A DNA stretch of 40,919 nucleotides from a bacterium (lineage in GTDB: Bacteria; SZUA-182; DTGQ01), in assembly GCA_040752695.1 (NCBI GenBank), contig JBFMGO010000001.1:103434-144352 (forward strand). Reading direction: 5' to 3'. Positions 1 through 8,489 of the stretch are shown piece after piece. Positions within the stretch are counted from its first letter, which is position 1, and each line of letters starts with the position of its first letter. The position numbers and the translations under genes were made by a program. A model generated the notes under the pieces. It saw nothing but the letters and a program-made list of their open reading frames with translations, was not told the DNA's origin and searched no databases.

Positions 1-205
1 TACAATTGTGCATTTCGGGGTTATCCGGACCATGCTTTGATAATTTCCAGGTAGCACCAAGTTCTTTCATTTCATGGCAGCTAAGGCAGAACCACGAAGT
101 ACAGGTGAGTTCGATTCCCGCGACAGCTATTACACCAAATAACACGATGCCTATAGCGACTAAAACTAGCTTCTTAGTCATGCTCATCTTTTTTTTCTCA
201 GCCAC
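1..205 (-). CDS. NapC/NirT/NrfH-family membrane-anchored cytochrome c, N-terminal part (runs off the window edge; not in the ORF track)
   Basis: Manual translation from GTG 205, preceded by GAGGAGGG: VAEKKKMSMTKKLVLVAIGIVLFGVIAVAGIELTCTSWFCLSCHEMKELGATWKLSKHG... This gives a TM helix, a CxxCHxM motif (88-68) and the WxxSxH pattern typical of NapC/NirT. Confidence 0.85.
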   Translation of the reverse strand, partial: MAEKKKMSMTKKLVLVAIGIVLFGVIAVAGIELTCTSWFCLSCHEMKELGATWKLSKHGPDNPEMHNC

Positions 206-743
206 AGCTCTTTGCCCTCCTCATTTTATGTAATTAAGTGAACGCTCCTCTGTTTTATAACACTTAGTTTTACAACCTGATTTTTTCTTTGTACTTCTGC
301 TGGAGTGTAGGATCTGCTTCATGGTTTTGATTGATTTTTCCCGGAAAAACACTTAAGATTATAGCTCATTAGAACAATGTTTGTAAAGTTAAAATTTTTT
401 TTTCTCCTTGTTTCAAAATGAACTGATTAGTTTACATTTTCTAATTATCTGTCAGTTTATTATTTCGCCACCATGTTTGCAACTTATACATCCAGACACT
501 GACCGTCATATCCGTAAGGTGAAAATTGCCTTTTCTCAGGTAATTTTTGTCTTATAGACGGCCAGGTTATCCATTGCTGAGAGGTCTCATTAATATTCGG
601 TTAATATATCGTTTGATCACTAGCGGAACAGACAAAAAAGTACACAGGACCTTCATGTATGAGGAGTGATTCATATGAGGATTGATTCACCGGATAGTCG
701 GTCGTTCCCTTCATCTTCCGTGGCTGTAAGAGCAGGGTACCAG

Positions 744-1610
744 ATGAAGTACCTTATCCTGAGTATGCGTCCACATCAATGGACGAAGAATATCGTTATT
801 TTCGCAGCCGTCATCTTTTCACGGAACATTTTCCGCTGGGACATGGTCGCCATGGTTATGGGGGCGTTCCTTCTTTTCTGTGCCTATTCAGGATGTATTT
901 ATATTATCAATGATCTTATCGATAAGGAGACGGATCAGAAACACCCGCTGAAGTGCCAAAGACCTCTGGCTTCGGGCAGGCTCGCCAAGTCTACGGCCAT
1001 CTGGGGAGCGGTGGTCATCGGTGTGAGTTCATTTTTCCTGGCCTGGTTTATGAGCGAATCATTTTTTCTTATTGCCCTCTCTTACGTTGTGCTCCAGGTA
1101 GCCTACTCTTTGAGATTGAAGCATATCGTTATCCTGGATGTCTTCTCCATTGCCGGAGGATTCGTGCTTCGCGTCATTGCCGGGGCTGAAGTCATTCATG
1201 TCCCGATATCCTCATGGCTTTTGATTTGCACGATGCTGCTCGCACTCTTCCTGGCCTTGAGCAAGAGGAGGCATGAACTGGTTTTTTTAAAAGGAGACGC
1301 CACGAGCCATCGGAAGATCCTTCAAGAATACAGCCCTTATTTGCTGGACCAGATGATTGCCGTTGTGACCCCGGCAACCGTCGTTGCCTATGCCTTGTAT
1401 ACGGTGGCTCCTGAGACAGTCCAGAAGTTCCATACTTCCCGCCTGATCTATACCGTGCCTTTTGTCATATATGGGATAATGCGATATCTTTACCTGATCC
1501 ACCAGAAGAAAGAAGGAGGCAGACCTGAGGAACTGCTGGTAACGGATAAGCCCTTACTCACAAATATCCTTTTATATGGTTTGACCGTTGTTTTCATTTT
1601 GTATTGGTAA
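744..1610 (+). CDS. UbiA-family prenyltransferase (decaprenyl-phosphate phosphoribosyltransferase-like)
   Basis: MRPHQWTKN, YIINDLIDKETDQKHPLKCQRPLASG, LALSKRRHEL; multiple TM helices. ATG 744 fits the family N-terminus better than GTG 666. Confidence 0.9.
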   Translation: MKYLILSMRPHQWTKNIVIFAAVIFSRNIFRWDMVAMVMGAFLLFCAYSGCIYIINDLIDKETDQKHPLKCQRPLASGRLAKSTAIWGAVVIGVSSFFLAWFMSESFFLIALSYVVLQVAYSLRLKHIVILDVFSIAGGFVLRVIAGAEVIHVPISSWLLICTMLLALFLALSKRRHELVFLKGDATSHRKILQEYSPYLLDQMIAVVTPATVVAYALYTVAPETVQKFHTSRLIYTVPFVIYGIMRYLYLIHQKKEGGRPEELLVTDKPLLTNILLYGLTVVFILYW

Positions 1611-1671
1611 GCAGCCATGGTGCCTTGAATAATCGTTTTCTTTCCTCGCCCTGAAAAGCGAGAGAAAGGAA

Positions 1672-1700
1672 AAAAGGCCTGTTTGAAAAACAGGCCTTTT
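1672..1700. terminator. Bidirectional intrinsic terminator between convergent genes
   Basis: AAAAGGCCTGTTT-gaa-AAACAGGCCTTTT perfect inverted repeat with A/T tails. Confidence 0.8.
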
Positions 1701-1744
1701 CACCGACTACAGCGATACTATCGGGGTAATGCGGAATGCATAGT

Positions 1745-2440
1745 TTAGATAATCGCTGAAGGAGTCAAGAGAGGAATTGTCGTGGCTGCAGGTGCGGTTG
1801 TCGGCACCGGCGGGACCGGTGGAACCACGGTGGTAGGAACTGGCGGAACCGGTGGAACAAAAGCAGCAGTGGGGACGATGGGGGCTGTTGGAACCGGAGG
1901 GACAGGGGGAACGAAAGTGGTGGGAGTGACAGGAGAAGGCGGTAGAGTAAATTTTGGCAAAGATTTCAGATAGAGTGCATTGGCAAGGGGTACGAACGTG
2001 CTGAGCCACAAGCTGCTGGTTGGTGCCAGGTTGGCGTAATTGGGAGGCAGGGCAATCGGACCTAAGGTCAAATAGCTTGGTGGCCATAAATTTATTCCGA
2101 ATAGGGGATCATAGTAAGCCATACCAGCAGGGGTGTTGTACAAAAGCCAGGGATACAGGCGGCTCGGGTCCCAGGTCAACCCTGGCTGCACGGGCAGTAC
2201 GGTAGACGGAGCGAGATTGGATACGACAGGAGTAGGAAGCCCTGTGGTTGGGTTAACAGGTGACAGTGCAGGTGACCACAGAGGCCAGAGCGTATTATAT
2301 GGCAAAAGGGCCGCCCAGTTCGCACCTGAACCACCGGGAACAGCCTGAACCGCTGATGAAAACAGGATAAGACTCAATCCAAGAAAGAGAGAAAAAAGTA
2401 TTCCCGCTCTACTCCATTTGCTGGGTTTTTTTGAATGCAT
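1745..2440 (-). CDS. Secreted Pro/Trp/Tyr-rich protein of unknown family with C-terminal (F/V)VPPVPPVPT repeats; paralog of 3318-3950
   Basis: RBS GGAAGGA and signal peptide (..SSAVQA|). About 85 aa near-identical to the 3318-3950 product (PYNTLWPLWSP...VLPVQPGLTWDP...YPWLLYNTP.GMAYYDPL.GIN.WPP). Three PPVPPVPT repeats. Confidence 0.85.
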   Translation of the reverse strand: MHSKKPSKWSRAGILFSLFLGLSLILFSSAVQAVPGGSGANWAALLPYNTLWPLWSPALSPVNPTTGLPTPVVSNLAPSTVLPVQPGLTWDPSRLYPWLLYNTPAGMAYYDPLFGINLWPPSYLTLGPIALPPNYANLAPTSSLWLSTFVPLANALYLKSLPKFTLPPSPVTPTTFVPPVPPVPTAPIVPTAAFVPPVPPVPTTVVPPVPPVPTTAPAATTIPLLTPSAII

Positions 2441-2600
2441 AATCGTTTTCCTTCCCTTACTATTATAAAAGGAATGATTGTTTTTGAAAATTCATAAGGT
2501 TATTGGCGTCCCCTTGTTTCGAATAAAAGACTTCACCTCCCTCATGGTGTATACCTGGCAGGAAAAATGAACCCGATTCAAGAGCCAGGTATTCTCGTGG

Positions 2601-3101
2601 TTAAATCAAAAGAGCGCTGAGAACACTGGCAATCGTGGTCGGTGATACTGTTGCAACCAGGGGGACAGGAGCGGGAGCTGTTACAACCGGAACCGGAGCG
2701 TAGGTTAACCCTACCAGACTCAAAGGAGTATAGGTGATCAGGGGGGCAAGCGGAGTGGTAACGAGCGCGGATGCCGGGACGGTTACTGCGACGGGGACTG
2801 TCGGGATAAGAGTAGTCACACCGACTCCGGCGACAGTGGCAGCCGGCGTCGTGGGTAAGGTAGGTGCCGGGAACAAAGATGAGGTGGTCGAGGTAAGGGG
2901 AACATGGGCGTAGCGTCCTGCCGCGGTCAAAGGAGCTGTAGAGGATACTGGTGGCGGAAGAAAGAGCGGGTAATAAGCGAAGGGACAGAAGTAAAGGTTC
3001 GTAAAAGGATTCCACTGAGCCTGGGCTAGTGGGGCTTTTGCTAAACATATGGTTGCTAAAATGGTCAGGATCAGCAGAAGCTGATGGAGTTTATTTTTCA
3101 T
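2601..3101 (-). CDS. Secreted Pro/Thr/Val-rich low-complexity protein
   Basis: RBS AGGAG and signal peptide ending AQA|Q. The only K/R/D/E residue in the mature region is the R of GRYAH; ends VLSALLI. Confidence 0.8.
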   Translation of the reverse strand: MKNKLHQLLLILTILATICLAKAPLAQAQWNPFTNLYFCPFAYYPLFLPPPVSSTAPLTAAGRYAHVPLTSTTSSLFPAPTLPTTPAATVAGVGVTTLIPTVPVAVTVPASALVTTPLAPLITYTPLSLVGLTYAPVPVVTAPAPVPLVATVSPTTIASVLSALLI

Positions 3102-3224
3102 GGCTGGATCTCCTGAATAAAATAACTTATTACTCTATTACTCTTACGAGAGTTTATTCTATTTATTCATAGTCGACTGAAAATACAAAAGCGTACCTTG
3201 AGTATTATTAAAAAGATCAGTATT

Positions 3225-3264
3225 AAAAAATCGGACTGGAGTGGAAAACGTCCAGTCCGATTTT
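3225..3264 (-). terminator. Intrinsic terminator / stabilising hairpin downstream of 3318-3950
   Basis: AAAATCGGACTGGA-N10-TCCAGTCCGATTTT, followed by a T-run on the minus strand. Confidence 0.75.
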
Positions 3265-3317
3265 GTCTTGATCTTGATTATATCCACAAACCAAAAAGGA
3301 TGGACCTTTTTTGTTCG

Positions 3318-3950
3318 TCAGGGAAGAAGGGGTCCTAATCCCAGGATAAGAGCCGGTGTTAACAGGGATTGCAGAGGAGGAGGAGGATTCAGCAAAGCGG
3401 CGAAGATCGGATAACTGGCCAAGGTTCCTCCCTGGAGGATCTCATAGGCTACGGCATAAGCTGGATAAGCATTGATAAAGGCATTGTTGGCCACCGGCAC
3501 ATTGTTGGTTAACCAGCTCTGGGCCGTGGGCAAAAGGAGACTCCAGCCCTTGATCAGGGAAAGATTGATCGGAGCGGGAAGTCCGGTAATGGGATCTTTC
3601 AGGTAAGCCGGAGGCCAGGTATTAATGCCATATAGGGGATCATAGTAAGCCATCCCAAGCGGAGTATTGTATAAAAGCCACGGATAGGTCTTGCGAGGGT
3701 CCCAGGTCAGACCAGGCTGTACGGGCAATACCGTGCTGGGTTTCAAGTTACTGACAATGGGTGTGGGCAGACCGGTCAGTGGATTCGTCGGTGAAAGAGG
3801 TGGTGACCACAGAGGCCAGAGCGTGTTGTATGGAGGAAGGTTTATCCACGTAGCTGCTGCTGAAGCGGAAGAGGTAAATAACAAACCGGCTCCAAGAGCT
3901 AAAAACAACGCTAAAACAAAGATGCTGGATATTCGTTTTTTAAACTGCAT
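3318..3950 (-). CDS. Secreted Pro/Trp/Tyr-rich protein of unknown family; paralog of 1745-2440
   Basis: AAGGAG 10 nt before ATG 3950 (MQFKKRISSIFVLALFLALGAGLLFTSSASA|). Shares the conserved block with 1745-2440. Confidence 0.85.
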   Translation of the reverse strand: MQFKKRISSIFVLALFLALGAGLLFTSSASAAATWINLPPYNTLWPLWSPPLSPTNPLTGLPTPIVSNLKPSTVLPVQPGLTWDPRKTYPWLLYNTPLGMAYYDPLYGINTWPPAYLKDPITGLPAPINLSLIKGWSLLLPTAQSWLTNNVPVANNAFINAYPAYAVAYEILQGGTLASYPIFAALLNPPPPLQSLLTPALILGLGPLLP

Positions 3951-4384
3951 AATATCAATTCTCCTTTTTCTTCCCTTAACCCAAGTGGTAAAACTTAAAA
4001 GAGCGATTTTCATTTTTTTGAATCACCAAAGCTCGACCAATGTATATTTGATCTCACGACTGTATTAAATGAATAACCTACCACCTCCTTGAAAAAATAG
4101 TATTTGTTCTTGAAGAGTCCCGAAAATGAAAGGACAGAAGAAAAACACTGATATTTGTACGCTTCAATCCCTTATTGTGTATATGGTTTCCCAGGCGGTC
4201 TAAACGTCCTTCCTCACTACGCTCTTTCCCTCCCCCTTTTCAGGGAAAGAGACGGAGGTGATGAAGGTAGTAATTCGAAGCTTTTCGTGCAAAGAATGTA
4301 TTTACTTGACTTCACTCTCGGTAAAAATGTTTGATGTAACCATGATATAATTTTTTAGCAGCATGATTCTGTTTCGTTGTAATA

Positions 4385-4400
4385 AGCATATTTAATGCCA
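4385..4400 (-). promoter_or_regulatory. Sigma-54 -24/-12 promoter for the 3950-1745 cluster
   Basis: TGGCATTAAATATGCT (GG-N10-GC) on the minus strand, divergent from an NtrC-type activator gene. Confidence 0.65.
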
Positions 4401-4565
4401 GTGGTCCAGCGCCTCTTTTGAAATTTCCTGGAAATAGAATTCTCCTTAAGTATCTGAAGACAGATTCCCTATTATAGAAGAACTTATGAGCCTTGTTGAT
4501 CAGGCGGCGATGAGAGAGGAAATGCGGCTTGTAGGCAAATCCATAATTATCGGGAGGTAAAATGC

Positions 4566-4612
4566 GTCTATTTTTACTACGTAGTCTAAAAACAGGAGTC
4601 TTTTTTTACTAC
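4566..4612. promoter_or_regulatory. Candidate enhancer (UAS): two 15-bp direct repeats 32 bp apart
   Basis: GTCTATTTTTACTAC (4566-4580) and GTCTTTTTTTACTAC (4598-4612), about 165-210 bp upstream of the sigma-54 box. A third copy lies at 38115-38129. Confidence 0.5.
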
Positions 4613-4803
4613 AGGGCCACAAAACCAGACAATTGCCTGAAAAATTCGGAATAGATCAATTCCCGCTTGTTTTCGATAGAATTCCTCATTTGGCTTATTG
4701 AAAGATATCGGTTATAATTTTGGAAATAACCATGCAAAATTTAATAAATCTGTTTACACCCTTCAATAAGGGGAATCAGAGAGTTTACATTGAGGGATCG
4801 GAT

Positions 4804-6195
4804 ATGGCCTTTAAGATTTTGGTAGTAGATGATGAAGAGAGTATAGGTTTGGGCATATCACGCTGGCTGGCTAAGGATGGGTATCAGACATCATGGGCCA
4901 ACAGCGGAGAGGATGCCCTGGAGAGGCTGATCAGGGAAGACTTTCACCTGGTCTTTCTCGATCTGTTTTTACCCGGCATCGGTGGAATACCTCTTTTGGA
5001 GCGAATAAAGAAGGAATTTCCGGACATTCTGGTCATTGTTCTTACAGCTCATGAAGATGTTCAGTTAGCTGTGCAGGCTATGAAAGTGGGAGCTTTCGAT
5101 TACCTTATAAAGAGTTCCGACATGGAGGAATTGAGACTGGTAGTTAAAAAAGCGCTGGAAACAAAAAGACTGCGCAGAGAGGTCAGGGTCCTGCGCGCAG
5201 AGATCGACCGGCAATACGAAGCGATGGCTCTGGTAGGCAACAGCCCCCGGATTCAGGAGGTCTGCCACTTGATCAAAAAAATATCCCAGATTGATCAGTG
5301 TACGGTTCTGGTAGTCGGAGAAAGCGGAACCGGCAAGGAACTCGTGGCCAGAACCATCCACCGGCAGAGCTCCAGAGCGGGACATCCCTTTATTGATATC
5401 AGTTGCTCCGCCTTGCCGAATTCTCTGATGGAAAGCGAGCTTTTCGGTTTCGAGCGCGGGGCCTTTACTGACGCCAAAAGCAAAAAACTGGGTCTGGTAG
5501 AACTAGCCGATGGAGGAACCTTATTCCTTGATGAGATCGGAACTCTCGACTTTGCCATGCAGGCAAAATTGCTGCGTTTTTTGGAACAAAGAACATTTCG
5601 CCGGATCGGAGGAGTCAAGGACGTCTCTGTAAATATCAGTGTCATTGCAGCAACCAATGATGAGCTGGAGAAAATGGTAGAAACAGGAAAATTCCGGCAC
5701 GATTTATTTTACCGGCTCAATGTCTTTTTAATCAGAGTTCCTCCCCTGCGACACAGGAAGGAGGATATCCCTCTGCTCATTTATCATTTCATTAATAAAT
5801 TCAACCAGGATTTTCATAAAAACGTCCAGGGGATTCATCCTGATGCCCAAAAGGTTATCATGGAATATGATTATCCCGGCAATGTCAGGGAACTGAAGAA
5901 TATCATCGAGAGGGCGATGATCATGGAGGAGGGAAGTACCATAACCATGGACTCACTGGATTTTTTCAAAACCCTGAAGGTAGATATCCAGCCCCTTCAG
6001 TTGGCTTCGGGGGATGGGAAAACGACAGATGAGACAAGGGCAAAGTTGAAATTGGAAGAACTGGAAATGCGCTATATCCTTGAGGTGTTGAAAGAAAGCG
6101 GCGGGAATAAGGCCCAGGCCGCTCTGGTACTTGGCATCGCTCGATCGACTTTGTTCAAGAAAATTAAAGAATACCAGTTAAACGATTACCTATAA
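4804..6195 (+). CDS. Sigma-54-dependent response regulator (NtrC/AtoC family: receiver + AAA+ + HTH)
   Basis: ILVVDDE receiver with LDLFLP, Walker A GESGTGKE, GAFTDA, LFLDEIG, FRHDLFYRLNV, PGNVREL, C-terminal Fis-type HTH. RBS GAGGG before ATG 4804. Confidence 0.95.
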   Translation: MAFKILVVDDEESIGLGISRWLAKDGYQTSWANSGEDALERLIREDFHLVFLDLFLPGIGGIPLLERIKKEFPDILVIVLTAHEDVQLAVQAMKVGAFDYLIKSSDMEELRLVVKKALETKRLRREVRVLRAEIDRQYEAMALVGNSPRIQEVCHLIKKISQIDQCTVLVVGESGTGKELVARTIHRQSSRAGHPFIDISCSALPNSLMESELFGFERGAFTDAKSKKLGLVELADGGTLFLDEIGTLDFAMQAKLLRFLEQRTFRRIGGVKDVSVNISVIAATNDELEKMVETGKFRHDLFYRLNVFLIRVPPLRHRKEDIPLLIYHFINKFNQDFHKNVQGIHPDAQKVIMEYDYPGNVRELKNIIERAMIMEEGSTITMDSLDFFKTLKVDIQPLQLASGDGKTTDETRAKLKLEELEMRYILEVLKESGGNKAQAALVLGIARSTLFKKIKEYQLNDYL

Positions 6196-6209
6196 TTATA
6201 TATAGATCA

Positions 6210-8489
6210 ATGTTCATAAGGGAATTTCTTAAGAAAGCCAATTTTAAAGCCCTTTCTATTTATCTGCTCGCTGTAGGAATCATTATTCTGGTTGCCCAGG
6301 GGCTTCATATCAGTGCCGGCAGAGAGATCATTCGTGAAGTCAACGATAGTCAACTGATGATTATCAGGGAGATTGCCTCGGATTTAGAGTCGTTAATGAA
6401 GGATCTGGAGGAAAAGCTGAGCACCCTGGCCAAACTATACCCCATTCAGCGGCTGGAAGCGGATGAGGTACTTTTCGATCTGCAAATCTATTACGAACTG
6501 CTGCATGACAAAGTCACTCACATCGGAATAATAAATAGTCAGGGACATTACGAATACTTTTATCCCCCAATCCCCCAGTGGACACAGATGCAGGAAAAAG
6601 ATTTCTCGAAGATGGATTTTTTCCAGAACGCCCTGAGCCAGCTTCATGACAACTATGGGCAGGTGCCCTTTATCAGCAACCGGTATGAGCAAGGGTTTGG
6701 CATTACCGGTATCCCTGTCTCACTGCCTTTATATACGAACCAGGATGGGGAAAAGGGCATAATAAACGCAAAAAAAATTTTTTTAGGTGTAGTGGTCATG
6801 TTCCTTGATGTGGATGTTATCGATAATATCTGCCAAAACCATTATTACCACCTCCATGACTATTCCTCCTTCTGGCTGATTGACGATCAGGGGAATCTCT
6901 TGTCCCATGAGAATAAGGCCTGGGTCGGTAAGGGGATTTTCCAGGTGCGAAAGAACACCTTTGCCAAAAAGCGATCCTCTCAGAATCTTGATTGGATTAT
7001 TCAGAACAGAATGCTGAAGGGAGAGGCTGGTACGATGGTCTATTTCGATAGATCGTCCGGTCCAAAAGATGAAAAGTATTATTTAAATTACGCGCCGGTT
7101 CAGCTTTCCGGGAGAAAGTGGTCAATTGCGGTAACCACGCCTGCCGTCAAGATGGATCACTGGGAGCGCAGGGTTTTAAAAAGTGCCTGGCAGTGGCTGC
7201 TTTTTATCATTTCCTTTATCCTGGTTGCCTTGTCATTTGTGCAGGTTGTCATTATTCTCATCCACAAGAGGAGGATTAATTGGGAAAAAGAACAAAAGGC
7301 AAAATTCCAGTCTGCCTTTGACGGAATTACGGACCTGGTGTATATGATCGACGTTGACTACAATTTGCAAATCGTGAATAAGGCTTTCATAAAGATCTGC
7401 GGCCGGTCAGAAAAAGAAGTTGAAGGGAGAAAGTGTTTTCGGTTTATCCGGGAGAGGGAAACCCCCTGTGCCGACTGCCCTATCCCTAAAACAAAATCAA
7501 CCCTGAAAACTCAGAGACTGGAACAGATCATCTTTCAGGAGACTGCTTATGTATATGCCTATCCCTTGATCAACGGGGAAGGAGAAACGACAGCAATCGT
7601 GATTTTTGCCCGCATCATTACCAAGGAGAAGATGCTGGAGCAGGAATTGCAGCGCAGGGAGCGGCTGAGCCTCCTGGGAGAGTTGGCCGCCTGCATCACA
7701 CACGAAATCAAGAATCCTCTGGTGGGAATTGGCATGCTGACGGAACTGGTTCGCGAATCCGTGCCGCCAGGAGGGGTCATTGCCGAAGACCTGGACAGGA
7801 TTTCCAGGGAATGCCGCAGGCTAGAGCAGTTGATCTCTCATCTGTCGAGGTTTTCCCGCCCCTCTCCTCTATCCCTCGAAGAAGGGGATATCCATAAGCC
7901 TTTGGATCTTTCCCTGGCCTTACTCAGAGAGAGGCTGAAAAAACAGGGGATTACGGTGCAAACTGAATACCAGCCCACTATCCCTCCGGTTCATCATGAT
8001 GCTCAGAAGATACAGCAGGTATTTTTGAATCTTATCATTAATTCGATAAATGCCATGGCGGAAGGGGGCAAATTGATTGTCCGAACCTATCTTTGCAGTG
8101 CTCAAAGGGGCAGTGCTCAAAGAGGTGGTAACGCTCAAAGAGGCAACGCTTCCCAGGCTTCCCAGGATGCGCGCTGCGGCTTTAATGATAACTGCCGCGG
8201 CGGCTCCCAAACGGATAGTCAGACAGTGTGCATCGATATCCAGGATACGGGGATCGGTATTCCTCAACACCTGCAGAATCGGATCTTTGATCCGTTTTTT
8301 TCTTCATCCTCCAAGGGAACAGGACTGGGCTTGTCGATCGTTCACAGCATCATTCAGCAGCATGGCGGGCACATCAGCCTCAAGAGCCAGCCCGGACAGG
8401 GAACCCTCATCACCATCTGCCTTCCCCTGAAGCCCAAAGATGCTTCTCTCCCTCTTACTGGAACCCTCCCTGATAACGAACATTATTAA
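6210..8489 (+). CDS. Membrane sensor histidine kinase (periplasmic Cache-like domain, PAS, HisKA, HATPase)
   Basis: Two TM segments, H-box THEIKNPL, N-box QVFLNLIINS, G1 DTGIGI, F-box FDPFF, G2 GTGLGL; directly follows the response regulator. Confidence 0.93.
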   Translation: MFIREFLKKANFKALSIYLLAVGIIILVAQGLHISAGREIIREVNDSQLMIIREIASDLESLMKDLEEKLSTLAKLYPIQRLEADEVLFDLQIYYELLHDKVTHIGIINSQGHYEYFYPPIPQWTQMQEKDFSKMDFFQNALSQLHDNYGQVPFISNRYEQGFGITGIPVSLPLYTNQDGEKGIINAKKIFLGVVVMFLDVDVIDNICQNHYYHLHDYSSFWLIDDQGNLLSHENKAWVGKGIFQVRKNTFAKKRSSQNLDWIIQNRMLKGEAGTMVYFDRSSGPKDEKYYLNYAPVQLSGRKWSIAVTTPAVKMDHWERRVLKSAWQWLLFIISFILVALSFVQVVIILIHKRRINWEKEQKAKFQSAFDGITDLVYMIDVDYNLQIVNKAFIKICGRSEKEVEGRKCFRFIRERETPCADCPIPKTKSTLKTQRLEQIIFQETAYVYAYPLINGEGETTAIVIFARIITKEKMLEQELQRRERLSLLGELAACITHEIKNPLVGIGMLTELVRESVPPGGVIAEDLDRISRECRRLEQLISHLSRFSRPSPLSLEEGDIHKPLDLSLALLRERLKKQGITVQTEYQPTIPPVHHDAQKIQQVFLNLIINSINAMAEGGKLIVRTYLCSAQRGSAQRGGNAQRGNASQASQDARCGFNDNCRGGSQTDSQTVCIDIQDTGIGIPQHLQNRIFDPFFSSSSKGTGLGLSIVHSIIQQHGGHISLKSQPGQGTLITICLPLKPKDASLPLTGTLPDNEHY

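Noticed and set aside
6..233. Plus-strand 75-aa ORF
   Set aside because: Antisense shadow of the NapC/NirT-like gene on the minus strand.
478..494. Possible sigma-54 box upstream of the NapC/NirT-like gene
   Set aside because: GG to GC spacing is 11 nt, not the required 10.
2578..3048. Alternative-frame 156-aa ORF
   Set aside because: The overlapping 2601-3101 frame has the RBS and signal peptide.
4562..4654. Small ORF after GGAGGT (MRLFLLRS...)
   Set aside because: SD spacing is too short, the ORF overlaps the candidate enhancer repeats, and the peptide has no features.
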